64,000 nt of DNA from Eledone cirrhosa (lineage: Eukaryota): positions 229,586,001 to 229,650,000 of the forward strand of contig OZ024741.1 of NCBI GenBank assembly GCA_964016885.1. The letters run 5' to 3'. Of the stretch, positions 13,542 through 31,804 are shown piece by piece. The translations under genes were made by a program, and so were the position numbers. Numbering within the stretch: the stretch's first letter is position 1; every line of letters begins with the position of its first letter. The notes below the pieces were generated by a model. That model was not told the DNA's origin. It did no database searches and saw nothing but the letters and a program-made list of their open reading frames with translations.

Positions 13542-14505
13542 ATTATATTATACAATTTACTCATTCTATGCCGTTAGAGGTCCCTATCTTTCTTCTTTTT
13601 ATCCTTTTTCCTTTCTTCCCTTTTTTCTTTCTTTTAATTTCTAATCTTTAATCTGTAACTTTTACTTCCCAATTACTTCTTAATTCATATTATTACTCAC
13701 TATAGCATTTTCCATTTTTCCATTTTTCCTTATATTATTGGCCAAAGAATCTATATTTTTTTAATATATAATAATATTACCATTAGAAAATTTTATAAAC
13801 ATATATATTTTTTGACGTTAGATATTTTTTCTTCCTTAAATGTTCTCCTTTCTTCTCTCCTTCCGTGCTCCTATTAAACCTATTATTTACTTTTACATAT
13901 TACAATACATAAAAACAAACTTAAACACTAACTAATTCCTCTAAGTTCATAATTCATTCAATCTCTCCTTCTTTTACATTATATCCTTAATCCTTAATAT
14001 CCTTAATATTTTTATTTTAATAATACATATTAATAAATTCTTTTTCCGCACATATTACTAAACCCTTCAATTTATAAACCTTAAAGAAATACTATTCTTA
14101 CTTCCTTTTTCTTTAATCATAAACATCACCATTCATAAACCTCATTAACTTTTAATTTCAAAATCTTTTTAAATGATCTATTATCTTTCAACGGATTTTT
14201 TTAATTTCTCTCTGTGAGACAATGTTTTCTCAGTTGTAAAGGCTATTTCTCTCTCTCTCTCTCTCTATCTCTATCTCTATCTCTCATTTCTCCTCCTCTC
14301 TCATACTTCCTTCTTATATCATCCTTCCTTCTTATACTCCTCCCCCCCGTCATCCTTTATTTTCTTTCTTCCTCTTCCTTACCTTTTCATACTCCCCCAC
14401 CTCCTCTTTTTCCCAATCTCATATATCCATCTTATTTTATTTTTCATATGTTGAATTAACACTTCACTGCTCGCAAGTGTTTTTAAGCTTCATATCGTGT
14501 CTCCC

Positions 14506-14576
14506 TATTTTATCTGATGAGAACGCAAATATCATCCGATGATGATATTTGTTTTTGAAATGCGCATAATAAAATA
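14506..14576 (+). ncRNA. Type I hammerhead ribozyme (family D); inverted copy at 9357-9427
   Basis: TATTTTAT-CTGATGA-(CAAATATCATC/GATGATATTTG)-GAAA-TGCGCAT-A-ATAAAATA; palindromic stem III ATGCGCAT. Confidence 0.85.
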
Positions 14577-14700
14577 CTTGGAACTCTTTTAACCATCTTT
14601 TGATCTAATATTATTTATACTCCAGTCCTATAAACCGTGGAGTGCTACTTATCCGATATTTGTATTGTTTTATTGTGCTACAATAAAATTCACCTCCTAC

Positions 14701-14898
<198 letters not shown>

Positions 14899-14914
14899 TA
14901 TGTATATATATATG

Positions 14915-14946
<32 letters not shown>

Positions 14947-15047
14947 TGTATGTATGTATGTATGTATGTATATGTGTATATGTGTATATGTTTGTGTGTG
15001 TGTATGTATGTATATACGTGTATATATATGTGTGTATATGTATGTAC

Positions 15048-15126
<79 letters not shown>

Positions 15127-15224
15127 TATGTATACGTACATACATATATGTATACAGACGTACAGTAGTATGTATATATATATATATACATGCACGCATA
15201 TGTTCAACAAACATTTAATATAAT

Positions 15225-16405
15225 ACTCGGTTTGAAGCCAATCCGTACAGTGCGGATTTAGTACGGGTGATGAGAAACGTGTCCCGCATGTGCAACTCCA
15301 AAGAACTAGAGAGACACATACAACACTTCATCCACCGTATGCAGTTCTCTGGTTAAATCAGAGAGATAAAATCATGAGCCAGAACCAAATGGGAAAAAAT
15401 GGTAAATAATGATACAAATGGGACCTGCCCCTGTATATGAGCAAATTTTGGAATAGAATAGAAAGAACTAGGAATAAGGTTAATAGAATAAACTCATGGT
15501 ATGATAGCAATAAATACCACCGTTAGAGGTGAATTAGCTTACAAATTTAGAAGGGCCCTAGATAAACTTAAACTTAATATTAAGATAGTAAAAAGACCAG
15601 GTACCTCCATAAAAACACTTATTATACATACCCTTTTCAAAGACGCCCCTGTATAGATAAGAAATGCATAATCTGTAAACTAAGCCCCCATATTAACTGT
15701 AAAACTAGAAATATAGTATATAGCATAATATGTACTGAAGGACAATGTAAAGATAAGAATATAGTGTACATAGGTGAGACAGCTCGTAGTATAGGAGAAC
15801 GGTTAAATGAACACTGGCGAGAGCTTCAAGATAGTAAAGAATCATCAATAATCTACCAACATGCTAAAATAGAACATAAGGGTAAATTAGAGAACATAAA
15901 TAAAAATAAAATCTACACACAGAAAAGACGCAATGTTTAGACAAATCACAGAGACAATAAACATAAATGAACTCCAACCAAAATTAAATAGAAAACCTGA
16001 ATGGAATAGTACAAAATGAAAACAGACACACATAGAACAAACAATCAACCAGTAACATGTAAATAAACAAATAAATAAACAAATAAAAACACACACAGAC
16101 AGCCGGATGTAACACATCCGCAAATTAAGCACACAACACACACAAAAACAAGATGGCGTAGGACAGAACAAAGGAGAGGCACAAAACAAAGAAAGGAATC
16201 CCCAGTCACTGAAGAGATCACAGAATGTGTGACGAAAGAACTTTGACAATATATGAACAACCGTTGGTTGTGGAACCAACCAACCAACTGGAAATTTATA
16301 AATTTCTTTTTGAAAAAAATTTTTTTAATATTTTTTAATTTATAATAAATTGGAGTGAAAGCAGCTGGTGCGTGTGTTTATTATTGGCAATATGACCCTC
16401 CCAAA
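15225..16405 (+). mobile_element. 5'-truncated PLE of a different clade (family E, Neptune/Poseidon-like GIY-YIG)
   Basis: Manual translation CIICKLSPHINCKTRNIVYSIICTEGQC..VYIGETARSIGERLNEH; HHR in 3' UTR; ends ..GACCCTCCC like 32878-32886. Confidence 0.8.
16205..16247 (+). ncRNA. Minimal type I hammerhead ribozyme (family E)
   Basis: GTCA-CTGAAGA-(TCACA/TGTGA)-GAAAGAACTT-TGAC; very short stem III, so probably only active as a dimer. Confidence 0.7.
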
Positions 16406-16708
16406 GTATATCAATATATATATATGTATATATACATATGTATGTATATGTATATATATGTGTGTGTATGTCTGTATGTGTGTATGTGTGTATGTGTGTA
16501 TGTGTATATGTATATATGTTTGTATGTATATATTTATATTTATATATACATGCGTGTATGTATGTATGTATGTATCTATGTGTGTGTGTATGTGTGTATA
16601 TATATATATTTATATGTATGTATATGTGTATGTGTGTGTATATATGTATATATGTATGTGTATGTATATATGTGTATATGTGTATATATGTATATATATA
16701 TATATGTG

Positions 16709-16757
<49 letters not shown>

Positions 16758-16910
16758 TTGTATATATATATATGTATATATATGCATATATATATATATA
16801 TATGTATGTGTGTGTATGTGTGTATATATATATATATATATTTACGTATATATATGTATATATATGTATGTATGTGAGTGTGTGTGTATGTGTATATGTG
16901 TATGTATATG

Positions 16911-16990
<80 letters not shown>

Positions 16991-17048
16991 TATATATATA
17001 TATGTGTGTGTATATATATATATGTATATATATATATATGTGTATTTG

Positions 17049-17120
<72 letters not shown>

Positions 17121-17132
17121 CATACAAATACA

Positions 17133-17179
<47 letters not shown>

Positions 17180-17308
17180 GTACATATGTATATATGTATA
17201 TATATGTGTATATGTATGTATGCATGTATATGTGTATATGTCTATATGTGTGTGTGTATGTATATACGTGTATATATATGTGTGTATATGTATGTTTATA
17301 TATATATA

Positions 17309-17380
<72 letters not shown>

Positions 17381-17610
17381 AAGAAATTAAAAGATGGTTA
17401 AAAAAGTTCCATAAGTCTTATTATGCGCATTTTATATATGTATATATGTATATGTGTATATATATGTATATATATATATATGTGTGTGTGTATGTATGTA
17501 TGCTTATGTGTATATGTGTACTTTTATGTGTGTATATATGTATGTCTATATGTATGTTTGTATGTGTGTGTGTGTATATGTATGTATGCATGTATGTGTA
17601 TATATGTGAA

Positions 17611-17673
<63 letters not shown>

Positions 17674-17886
17674 TTATTGCTGGCCTTGTGCCTAAAGTAT
17701 AAACGATTGTCTATAAAATCCAGATTGTTGTTGTATGTGTGTGTGTGTGTGTGAGTGCATGTTCCATGTTTATACATTTGCACAATTCCAAATCTATTCG
17801 ACTCAACGTCTGTAAGAATATTGCGAATAATCCAACTTAGATCACCGATAATTTATTTACTTCAAAATCACCCACATTTACGGAAA

Positions 17887-18810
17887 TCTATATATATAAA
17901 ACTGTGGTTGTCTGTCTGTCTATCGATTTTTGGCACACATCTCCTCTTAGAATCTCTCACGGAATTGCACCGAAATTGCTATACTTGTACATTGAGCCCT
18001 AGCGAAGACATCGGAAAAAAAATATTTCAAATTGACCCACCCTATGTGACGAAATCGAATATAATGTATCGATTTTTGAGCGTAAGTTATCAGTTATTTC
18101 CCTTTGTTCTGTTTACATTGAGCGTCTTACGTCAAAAATTACGCTGGCTTTCTCAGCGTTTAAAATGACATTAACACAATACACGAACAGTTGTCGAGCC
18201 AGCAAAATATTGACCTGCAAAATTCATCAGTTCGAACACCGTTTTGCTTCATTTCCATTTAAAAGCATTTTAAAACAATATTTTTACTTGAAAACAAGTC
18301 TATTTAAAGACTACGTAAAACAAGCAAATATTTCGTCGTTAGGCGTGCAGACAGACAGTCGTGCAGAGAGGTGATATACGCGTGCAGACAGACAGTCGTG
18401 CAGAGAGGTAATATAGGCGTGCAGACAGACAGTCGTGCAGAGAGGTGATATAGGCGTGCAGACAGACAGTCGTGCAGAGAGGTGATATAGGCGTGCAGAC
18501 AGACATAACTGATAATTTGGTTACGCTAATGTTTTTCTCTGCGTTGCAGTGTTTACATTTTCGATCTTTGTTAATAAATAACCAGTGCAGTTTCTATCCC
18601 CAGCATCCTCTTTTGTTATAACATTCGGGTTATCGTTATGTTTTCTTAACTTCATAAGGCATATTGTTGGTTGAGGGAATATTAATCAAAAACACCATAT
18701 GCAAGTCTGCACAGTAGACACTACAGTTTTTAAGCCAATAAAGAAACTTAACATTGAAACTTTAAGACAGCTACTGAGCGACCTCGAGCAACGCCGGGCT
18801 TTACTGCTAG
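17887..18810 (+). mobile_element. Non-autonomous Helitron, or 5' segment of a composite Helitron
   Basis: A|TCTATATATATAAAAC 5' end; CTCGAGCAACGCCGGG hairpin then CTAG|T 3' end. Confidence 0.75.
18341..18504 (+). repeat. 37-bp minisatellite, ~4.4 copies, inside the Helitron
   Basis: Unit AGGCGTGCAGACAGACAGTCGTGCAGAGAGGTGATAT. Confidence 0.95.
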
Positions 18811-25030
<6,220 letters not shown>

Positions 25031-25106
25031 ATATGTATATATATATATATATGTATATATGTATATGTGTATATGTATATATATATATATATATGTATAT
25101 ATATAA

Positions 25107-26531
25107 AAAAAAATAACGAAACGAAATTAAATTTCGTTTCGCTTCTAACTCACTTTTGTATGACTGACGCTTAAACAATTAAGTTAAAGTGTACATCTAC
25201 ATATGTATACGGAAGTATTAGTATGCATATAAATACACACATGTATACATATGTACATGTACTCAGCTTTTCACTAGACACTTTACAGTGAGTGTCAGCT
25301 AGTCTGTATGTAACCACACAGGCGGACCGGGTTTTAGAGTCATACGAGTTTTCAAGGAAACACATTTCCTCTATTCTCCAGAGGGCCAGACAGGAATATT
25401 GGACTAGTTTCGATGTTATTACATCTCAACAGCAATATTTACCCATCTTCCGGCTTCTCTGGAGAATTGTAAAAGCACATATCGTTATATGCTTTCTCTA
25501 TGAAAATTAGTAGTGGGTAGACTAATTTGCATAGAACGTGAGTCATTGTACGCACCGGTTCAGCGGAAACGATAAAAACAAATAAGGAAACGAAATTAAA
25601 TTTCGTTTCGCTTCTAACTCACTTTTGTATGACTGACGCTTAAACAATTAAGTTAAAGTGTACATCTACATATGTATACGGAAGTATTAGTATGCATATA
25701 CATACACACATGTATACATATGTACATGTACTCAGCTTTTCACTAGACACTTTACAGTGAGTGTCAGCTAGTCTGTATGTAACCACACAGGCGGACCGGG
25801 TTTTAGAGTCATACGAGTCAACATCGAAACTAGTCCAATATTCCTGTCTGGCCCTCTGGAGAATAGAGGAAATGTGTTTCCTTGAAAACTCGTATGACTC
25901 TAAAACCCGGTCCGCCTGTGTGGTTACATACAGACTAGCTGACACTCACTGTAAAGTGTCTAGTGAAAAGCTGAGTACATGTACATATGTATACATGTGT
26001 GTATTTATATGCATACTAATACTTCCGTATACATATGTAGATGTACACTTTAACTTAATTGTTTAAGCGTCAGTCATACAAAAGTGAGTTAGAAGCGAAA
26101 CGAAATTTAATTTCGTTTCCTTATTTGTTTTTATCGTTTCCGCTGAACCGGTGCGTACAATGACTCACGTTCTATGCAAATTAGTCTACCCACTACTAAT
26201 TTTCATAGAGAAAGCATATAACGATATGTGCTTTTACAATTCTCCAGAGAAGCCGGAAGATGGGTAAATATTGCTGATGAGATGTAATAACATCGAAACT
26301 AGTCCAATATTCCTGTCTGGCCCTCTGGAGAAAAGAGGAAATGTGTTTCCTTGAAAACTCGTATGACTCTAAAACCCGGTCCGCCTGTGTGGTTACATAC
26401 AGACTAGCTGACACTCACTGTAAAGTGTCTAGTGAAAAGCTGAGTACATGTACATATGTATACATGTGTGTATTTATATGCATACTAATACTTCCGTATA
26501 CATATGTAGATGTACACTTTAACTTAATTGT
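25107..26531. mobile_element. ORF-less 469-bp HHR-containing tandem unit in inverted arrangement (retrozyme candidate, family F)
   Basis: Left arm 25107-25818 (~1.5 units, antisense); right arm 25820-26531 (~1.5 units, sense); period 469; (TA)n on both sides. Confidence 0.85.
26267..26311 (+). ncRNA. Canonical minimal type I hammerhead ribozyme (family F)
   Basis: AATATTG-CTGATGA-GATGT(AATA)ACATC-GAAA-CTAGT-C-CAATATT; GUC site 26302-26304; antisense copy ~25396-25440 has CTGTTGA. Confidence 0.92.
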
Positions 26532-26604
26532 ATATATATATATGTATATATATATATGCATGTGTGTATATGTGTATATATATATATGTATATATAAATA
26601 TATA

Positions 26605-26692
<88 letters not shown>

Positions 26693-26806
26693 AGTGTATA
26701 TATATATGTATATATGCGTATATGTGTATATGTGTTTGTATATGTTTGTATATGTGTATATTTATTTTTATATATATATGTGTGTGTGTGTCTGTGAATG
26801 TGTCTG

Positions 26807-27190
26807 TAGACACCTGAAATATAGCTTAAGAGAAACATGACAATAAGGACAGGCACCCAATATTTGAAATTGTTTATAGAACTCTCTCTCTCTCTCTGCC
26901 TTTGTCACTCTAAGTAAAGCTTTAAAGAATTAGCTTTTAAAGAATTTCCCTTTTCTTTAAACCCATCACCCATGACTGACCCCCAACCATCTTATAGACA
27001 CCTGAAATATAGGCATCGTTGGCTTAAGAGAAACTTAAAATTAAGGAGAGGCACCCCAATTTGAACTTGTTTATAGAATTCTTTCTGCCTTTGTCACTCT
27101 AAATATAAATTATAGCTTTAAAGAATTAGCTTTTAATGAATTCCCTTTTCTTTCAACCAATGACCAATTCCATTGCCCCCCCCCTCCTCT
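26807..27190 (+). repeat. Diverged direct duplication, period ~187 bp
   Basis: TAGACACCTGAAATATAG and CTGCCTTTGTCACTCTAA..AGCTTTAAAGAATTAGCTTTTAA each occur twice. Confidence 0.8.
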
Positions 27191-27449
27191 CCTACCACCA
27201 GAAAAGATATAAATACCACCATATTTATTGTGACAGTCAGATTCCTGATGATTTCTCAAGAATGAAACAGTTCTAGTCCTGTAGAGTCTCATCTATATTA
27301 AAACTTTTACAAATACCAGACCCACCTCTGTCTGGGGGAACGTTTCTATGTATTGAGTACCTTACTTACTGTGGTTACCTCCGATTCAACCCAGAATAAC
27401 TTACCTATATATACATATATAAATATATAGTCTTCACATTTATTATTAT

Positions 27450-27512
<63 letters not shown>

Positions 27513-28007
27513 TAAGTTATTCCGGGTTGAATCGGAGGTAACCACATTAAGTAAGGTACTCAATACATAGAAAGGTTCCCCCAGACAGAGGTGTGTCTGG
27601 TATTTGCAACCTCTGTCTTAGTGAGACACTCGAGGTACTTGATGGCGGAACTAAGCTATTAAACAGAAGGGGCGACTTATTCGGCGCGTACAGACACCTA
27701 AGGACGAGAACTTTCCTCAAGCTATATCGATAAACCCCGGTTATGGCCTCCCACAGTGACCCCCTGTAGGTCCCCTATACCCCGTACCAATGACCAATGA
27801 GCAACAACACCCAGCCATAGTTTGTAGTCCCCACGGTGGATTGTCCACCGGATCCTCTACTGGTTAGGAGTCAGCAAAACCACGTTTATTGAACCTGAGG
27901 ACCCCCCCCCCCGGGAGTGGCTCACACAGGAAGAAAAATTATCCTAAGGTACTAACCCTATATTCATGAATGAGTGCCCGCAACCGTGCGTTGTGTGTGT
28001 ATACTGG

Positions 28008-29013
28008 GTGTGAGTGTATGTACAAGTCAACCAACATAAGTCTTTTTATTTGTAAACTTTCTAAGTATTTGACTCTAACCATAATTTTCAGTATTACCAC
28101 CCCACATAAATTCCTCAATTTGTATGTGTGGATGTGTGTGTGTGTCTGTGGGGGTGGGGTGAGTGTATGTGCAAGTCAACCAGCATAAGTCTTTTTATTT
28201 GTAAACTTTCTAAGTATTTGACTCTAACCATAATTTTCAGTATTACCACCCCACATAAATTCCTCAATTTGTATGTGTGGATGTGTGTGTGTGTCTGTGG
28301 GGGTGGGGTGAGTGTATGTGCAAGTCAACCAACATAAGTCTTTTTATTTGTAAACTTTCTAAGTATTTGACTCTAACCATAATTTTCAGTATTACCACCC
28401 CACATAAATTCCTCAATTTGTATGTGTGGATGTGTGTGTGTGTCTGTGGGGGTGGGGTGAGTGTATGTGCAAGTCAACCAACATAAGTCTTTTTATTTGT
28501 AAACTTTCTAAGTATTTGACTCTAACCATAATTTTCAGTATTACCACCCCACATAAATTCCTCAATTTGTATGTGTGGATGTGTGTGTGTGTCTGTGGGG
28601 GTGGGGTGAGTGTATGTGCAAGTCAACCAACATAAGTCTTTTTATTTGTAAACTTTCTAAGTATTTGACTCTAACCATAATTTTCAGTATTACCACCCCA
28701 CATAAATTCCTCAATTTGTATGTGTGGATGTGTGTGTGTGTCTGTGGGGGTGGGGTGAGTGTATGTGCAAGTCAACCAACATAAGTCTTTTTATTTGTAA
28801 ACTTTCTAAGTATTTGACTCTAACCATAATTTTCAGTATTACCACCCCACATAAATTCCTCAATTTGTATGTGTGGATGTGTGTGTGTGTCTGTGGGGGT
28901 GGGGTGAGTGTATGTGCAAGTCAACCAACATAAGTCTTTTTATATGTAAATTTTCTAGTATTCTACTCTAACCATAATTTTCAGTAGTACCACCCCACAT
29001 AAATTCTTCAATT
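28008..29013 (+). repeat. 149-bp tandem array, ~6.7 near-identical copies
   Basis: Repeating ORF starts 28128/28277/28426/28575/28724; unit includes GTCAACCAACATAAGTC and ACCACCCCACATAAATTCC. Confidence 0.97.
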
Positions 29014-29320
29014 TAAGAATGACCTGTAATATCGAATTTCATACTATAAACCTCAATTGAATATATATCTGACCAGGAATGCTTTTTGTGAAAATCAGTC
29101 ATATGGAACTATTGTCATCTTGCCTGACGGTTTGAACTTTACAACACCACCTGCCCCTTTGAGGTCAAATACCAACCCTACTAGCATCTACAAACTGACC
29201 AATGAGAATAAGATTATTCCTGCTGACAACATTAAATTATCCCTAACAAGCTCATATGTCCCAAGGCTCTGATACCATCAACACCAAAAACACAGAGCTG
29301 GCATATCTAAGAACTGACTA

Positions 29321-29378
29321 ACTGCCTGATGAGGTCATAGCCATTCAATGGCTATCATCGAAATATATATATAGCAGT
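29321..29378 (+). ncRNA. Type I hammerhead ribozyme (family C)
   Basis: ACTGC-CTGATGA-(ATAGCCA/TGGCTAT)-GAAA-TATATATAT-A-GCAGT. Confidence 0.85.
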
Positions 29379-29462
29379 GAATAAAGGATTATGAGTTCAT
29401 GCAATTGACTTATGTTTCGTCACTATATATATATAGTCTAATTAGACGGTAAAAGTTGGACC

Positions 29463-29830
29463 GGTCATTTGGTGTAATGATTATCGCAGTCGCTCGTTAT
29501 ACGATAGATGCTTGATTCGATCCCCTCAGGCATCCCTGCCTGCCTTTTCCTGTCTATAACTCATTCGACTATTTTATATGTATTATGGCAGCTTTCCATA
29601 AAACCTCAAACAGAACTTCTCTCCTATGTACCATTTTCCCTGGTTTATTTTTTTTATCTCGTTTCTCTTCATTTTTCGTATTTTCTCGAATGAACACCCA
29701 TTCTTCTCTTTCTATCCTCCAATGAAGGACTAGAGTTCGAAATGTTAAGTCTATTTTCCAACTATATTGAGTGTTAAACTAATATACTATTGTTTTGTAT
29801 TGTTCTCTTGTGCTGGTTTCCCTTTTTACT
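29463..29830 (+). mobile_element. Degenerate tRNA-headed SINE-like element with HHR-like tail
   Basis: A-box-like TGGTGTAATGA and B-box-like GATTCGATCCC; tail CCAATGAAGGACTAGAGTTCGAAATGTTAAG resembles 48960-49030 on the minus strand. Confidence 0.45.
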
Positions 29831-30075
29831 CAAGAAACTTTACTTAAGAAACCTTAAAAGTTGGCTATTTACGAAACTATTGGGCGAATCTGAAAATCTG
29901 TTTGTTTTTTTATGAAAAGCTAGCAAAATGCATATGAACTATAAAATGGTCGACGCTGGGAAAAAGTGAGTGAATCTACTTTAGATTCTCAGATGGTGTA
30001 CTGTAGTTGCTAAGCGCAGGCGGGTGAGATTATTCTAGATGGTTTGACCTGTAATGATGTTGTCTTGTATATTAT

Positions 30076-30131
30076 CTTCTTCTTCTTCTTCTTCTTCTTC
30101 TTCTTCTTCTTCTTCTTCTTCTTCTTCTTCT

Positions 30132-30178
<47 letters not shown>

Positions 30179-30480
30179 TTCTTCTTGATAGGGTTGTGGG
30201 GGCGACCCTCTCCAGCGGGTCCTATCAGAAGAAACGGCTCCAACTGATCCGGCTGGATCCCCAAGCTCACGGATGTTATCCAACCATTTTGCCTGAGGTC
30301 TGCACCTGGGTCTCCTGCCGGTTGGTTTTGCCCGTAAAATCTGTCCAGCGATTCTTTCCTGAGATATTCTAACCACATGCCCATGCGATCTCTCAATTCA
30401 GAGAAGTAGTGGCTCTACTTGCAGTGACTCTCTGATCTCCGAACTTTATCGAGTAACGGTACTCCAAAGACCCCTGGGTC
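30076..30480 (-). mobile_element. 3' fragment of an RTE-like LINE with (GAA)n tail
   Basis: Translation ..EIRESLQVEPL..GHVVRISQERIAGQILRAKPTGRRPRCRPQAKWLDNI followed by ~37 GAA units. Confidence 0.75.
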
Positions 30481-30984
30481 TCCTGTCAGTTGGTTTTGCT
30501 CGTTTATTCTATTCTATTTACCGTATTTTCTCAGCCAATATAGCAGGACTAAGATGTTAGCTTAAACATTAGTAAAGTAATAATGGAAGTATTTGGCAAA
30601 TGCACCGGTTTCCTAGTAAGTACTTCGGCCTGAATCAGATTCGTGCCGCCACTTTTCACATTCTTCTGTCTCATCGCTCAGTACAGTTTTAACAAATACA
30701 AAAAAAAACAGAGTCCAGACAGAAGCGACTATAATATCCTGCTAGTTATAAACGATCGGTGATAATAGTTTCTGTGTCTATAAGAGATGTGATTAATTGG
30801 CTATTTTTTCTGATTATCTCTAGTGAGATTTTAAACTAGTTAGACTTTTAGCCTTTGATTCTTAACATAGACATGCGCGTAAAGCTAAATAAACACTCAT
30901 ACACACTGGTAACAACCACAAGGATATGGTCCGATTGTGGAAGAGCCGAACTCCCATTGTCATCGCCTCCATCTCTTTCGCCCA

Positions 30985-31190
30985 CCCCAACTCTTTTTAT
31001 GGTGAGCAAATGGGGTCGCACGTGCTGGCCTCCCCACAGCCCCGGTGGACAGAATGGAGAAGACGTTTCCCCGGAGGATGGTAAGGGAGATGCGCTGGAA
31101 GAGCCATTCCAACTCGCGAGGCTCACACCTGCGGCTAGCCAGCTCAGCGCCTATGGTGGTGAGTAGGGAGGTAGCCCAAGGGCCAAGTTT
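30985..31190 (-). pseudogene. C-terminal restriction-like endonuclease fragment of a CRE-type non-LTR retrotransposon
   Basis: LGPWATSLLTTIGAELASRRCEPRELEWLFQRISLTILRGNVFSIL; homolog at 46470-46700. Confidence 0.7.
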
Positions 31191-31199
31191 TGAATACAC

Positions 31200-31720
31200 T
31201 TAAATATATGATAATAGAGCTGTTGCTTGGCATTTTGGATCACCACCTACTGAAAGTGTTATTCAAGTATAGCGGCGAGACGAAGAAAAAAATCAAGACG
31301 TTATGACGAACGAAATGTAATTTTCGAAAGAGCGTTGTTAAAAGGCCAACATTAAAAGAAAAAATGAATGCTTGGCTGGTTGACAATAAACATTCTGGGA
31401 TTGCTTTATTAACAAACATGATTATTGTTGAAGCAAACAAAAGCTGTACACGAACTTAAAAGGTACAGCAACATGGTGTGAAAGATTTATAAAAAGACAT
31501 ATCTTACGGTAAATTAAAGCATATTATTCTTTTATTTTGCCATTTTTTTTTTGGGGGGGGGGGTCATACAAAAATATACGTATGTTCCTGTCAAGAGTAC
31601 TTAAAAAACTGTATATCTAGCTTTTAATGTCTTTGGATTTTATTTGTTTCAAGAAAATTTCTCTTCGAATTAAGAGTGCGCATTATACGTGCAAGCGCAT
31701 TATACGCCGTGAATTACGAT
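31200..31720 (+). mobile_element. pogo/Tigger-like transposon remnant
   Basis: Manual translation PTLKEKMNAWLVDNKHSGIALLTNMII..ATWCERFIKRH (CENP-B-type HTH); TIR-like end GTGCGCATTATACG..GCGCATTATACGCCGTGAATTACG. Confidence 0.6.
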
Positions 31721-31804
31721 GTATATAGTTTTGCGTGAATTACGATGTATATAGTTTTGCGAGGTTTTTTATATGAAATCGTGTGTCTAAACAAATATTG
31801 TTAT

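Larger units (their letters stand above)
27605..29425 (+). mobile_element. 5'-truncated Naiad-type PLE (family C relative)
   Basis: 27605-27733 translates CNLCLSETLEVLDGGTKLLNRRGDLFGAYRH..stop; HHR near the 3' end; short TA tract after. Confidence 0.8.

Noticed and set aside
28008-29013. CRISPR-like array (also 18341-18504)
   Set aside because: Units repeat in full with no unique spacers; eukaryotic context with no cas genes.
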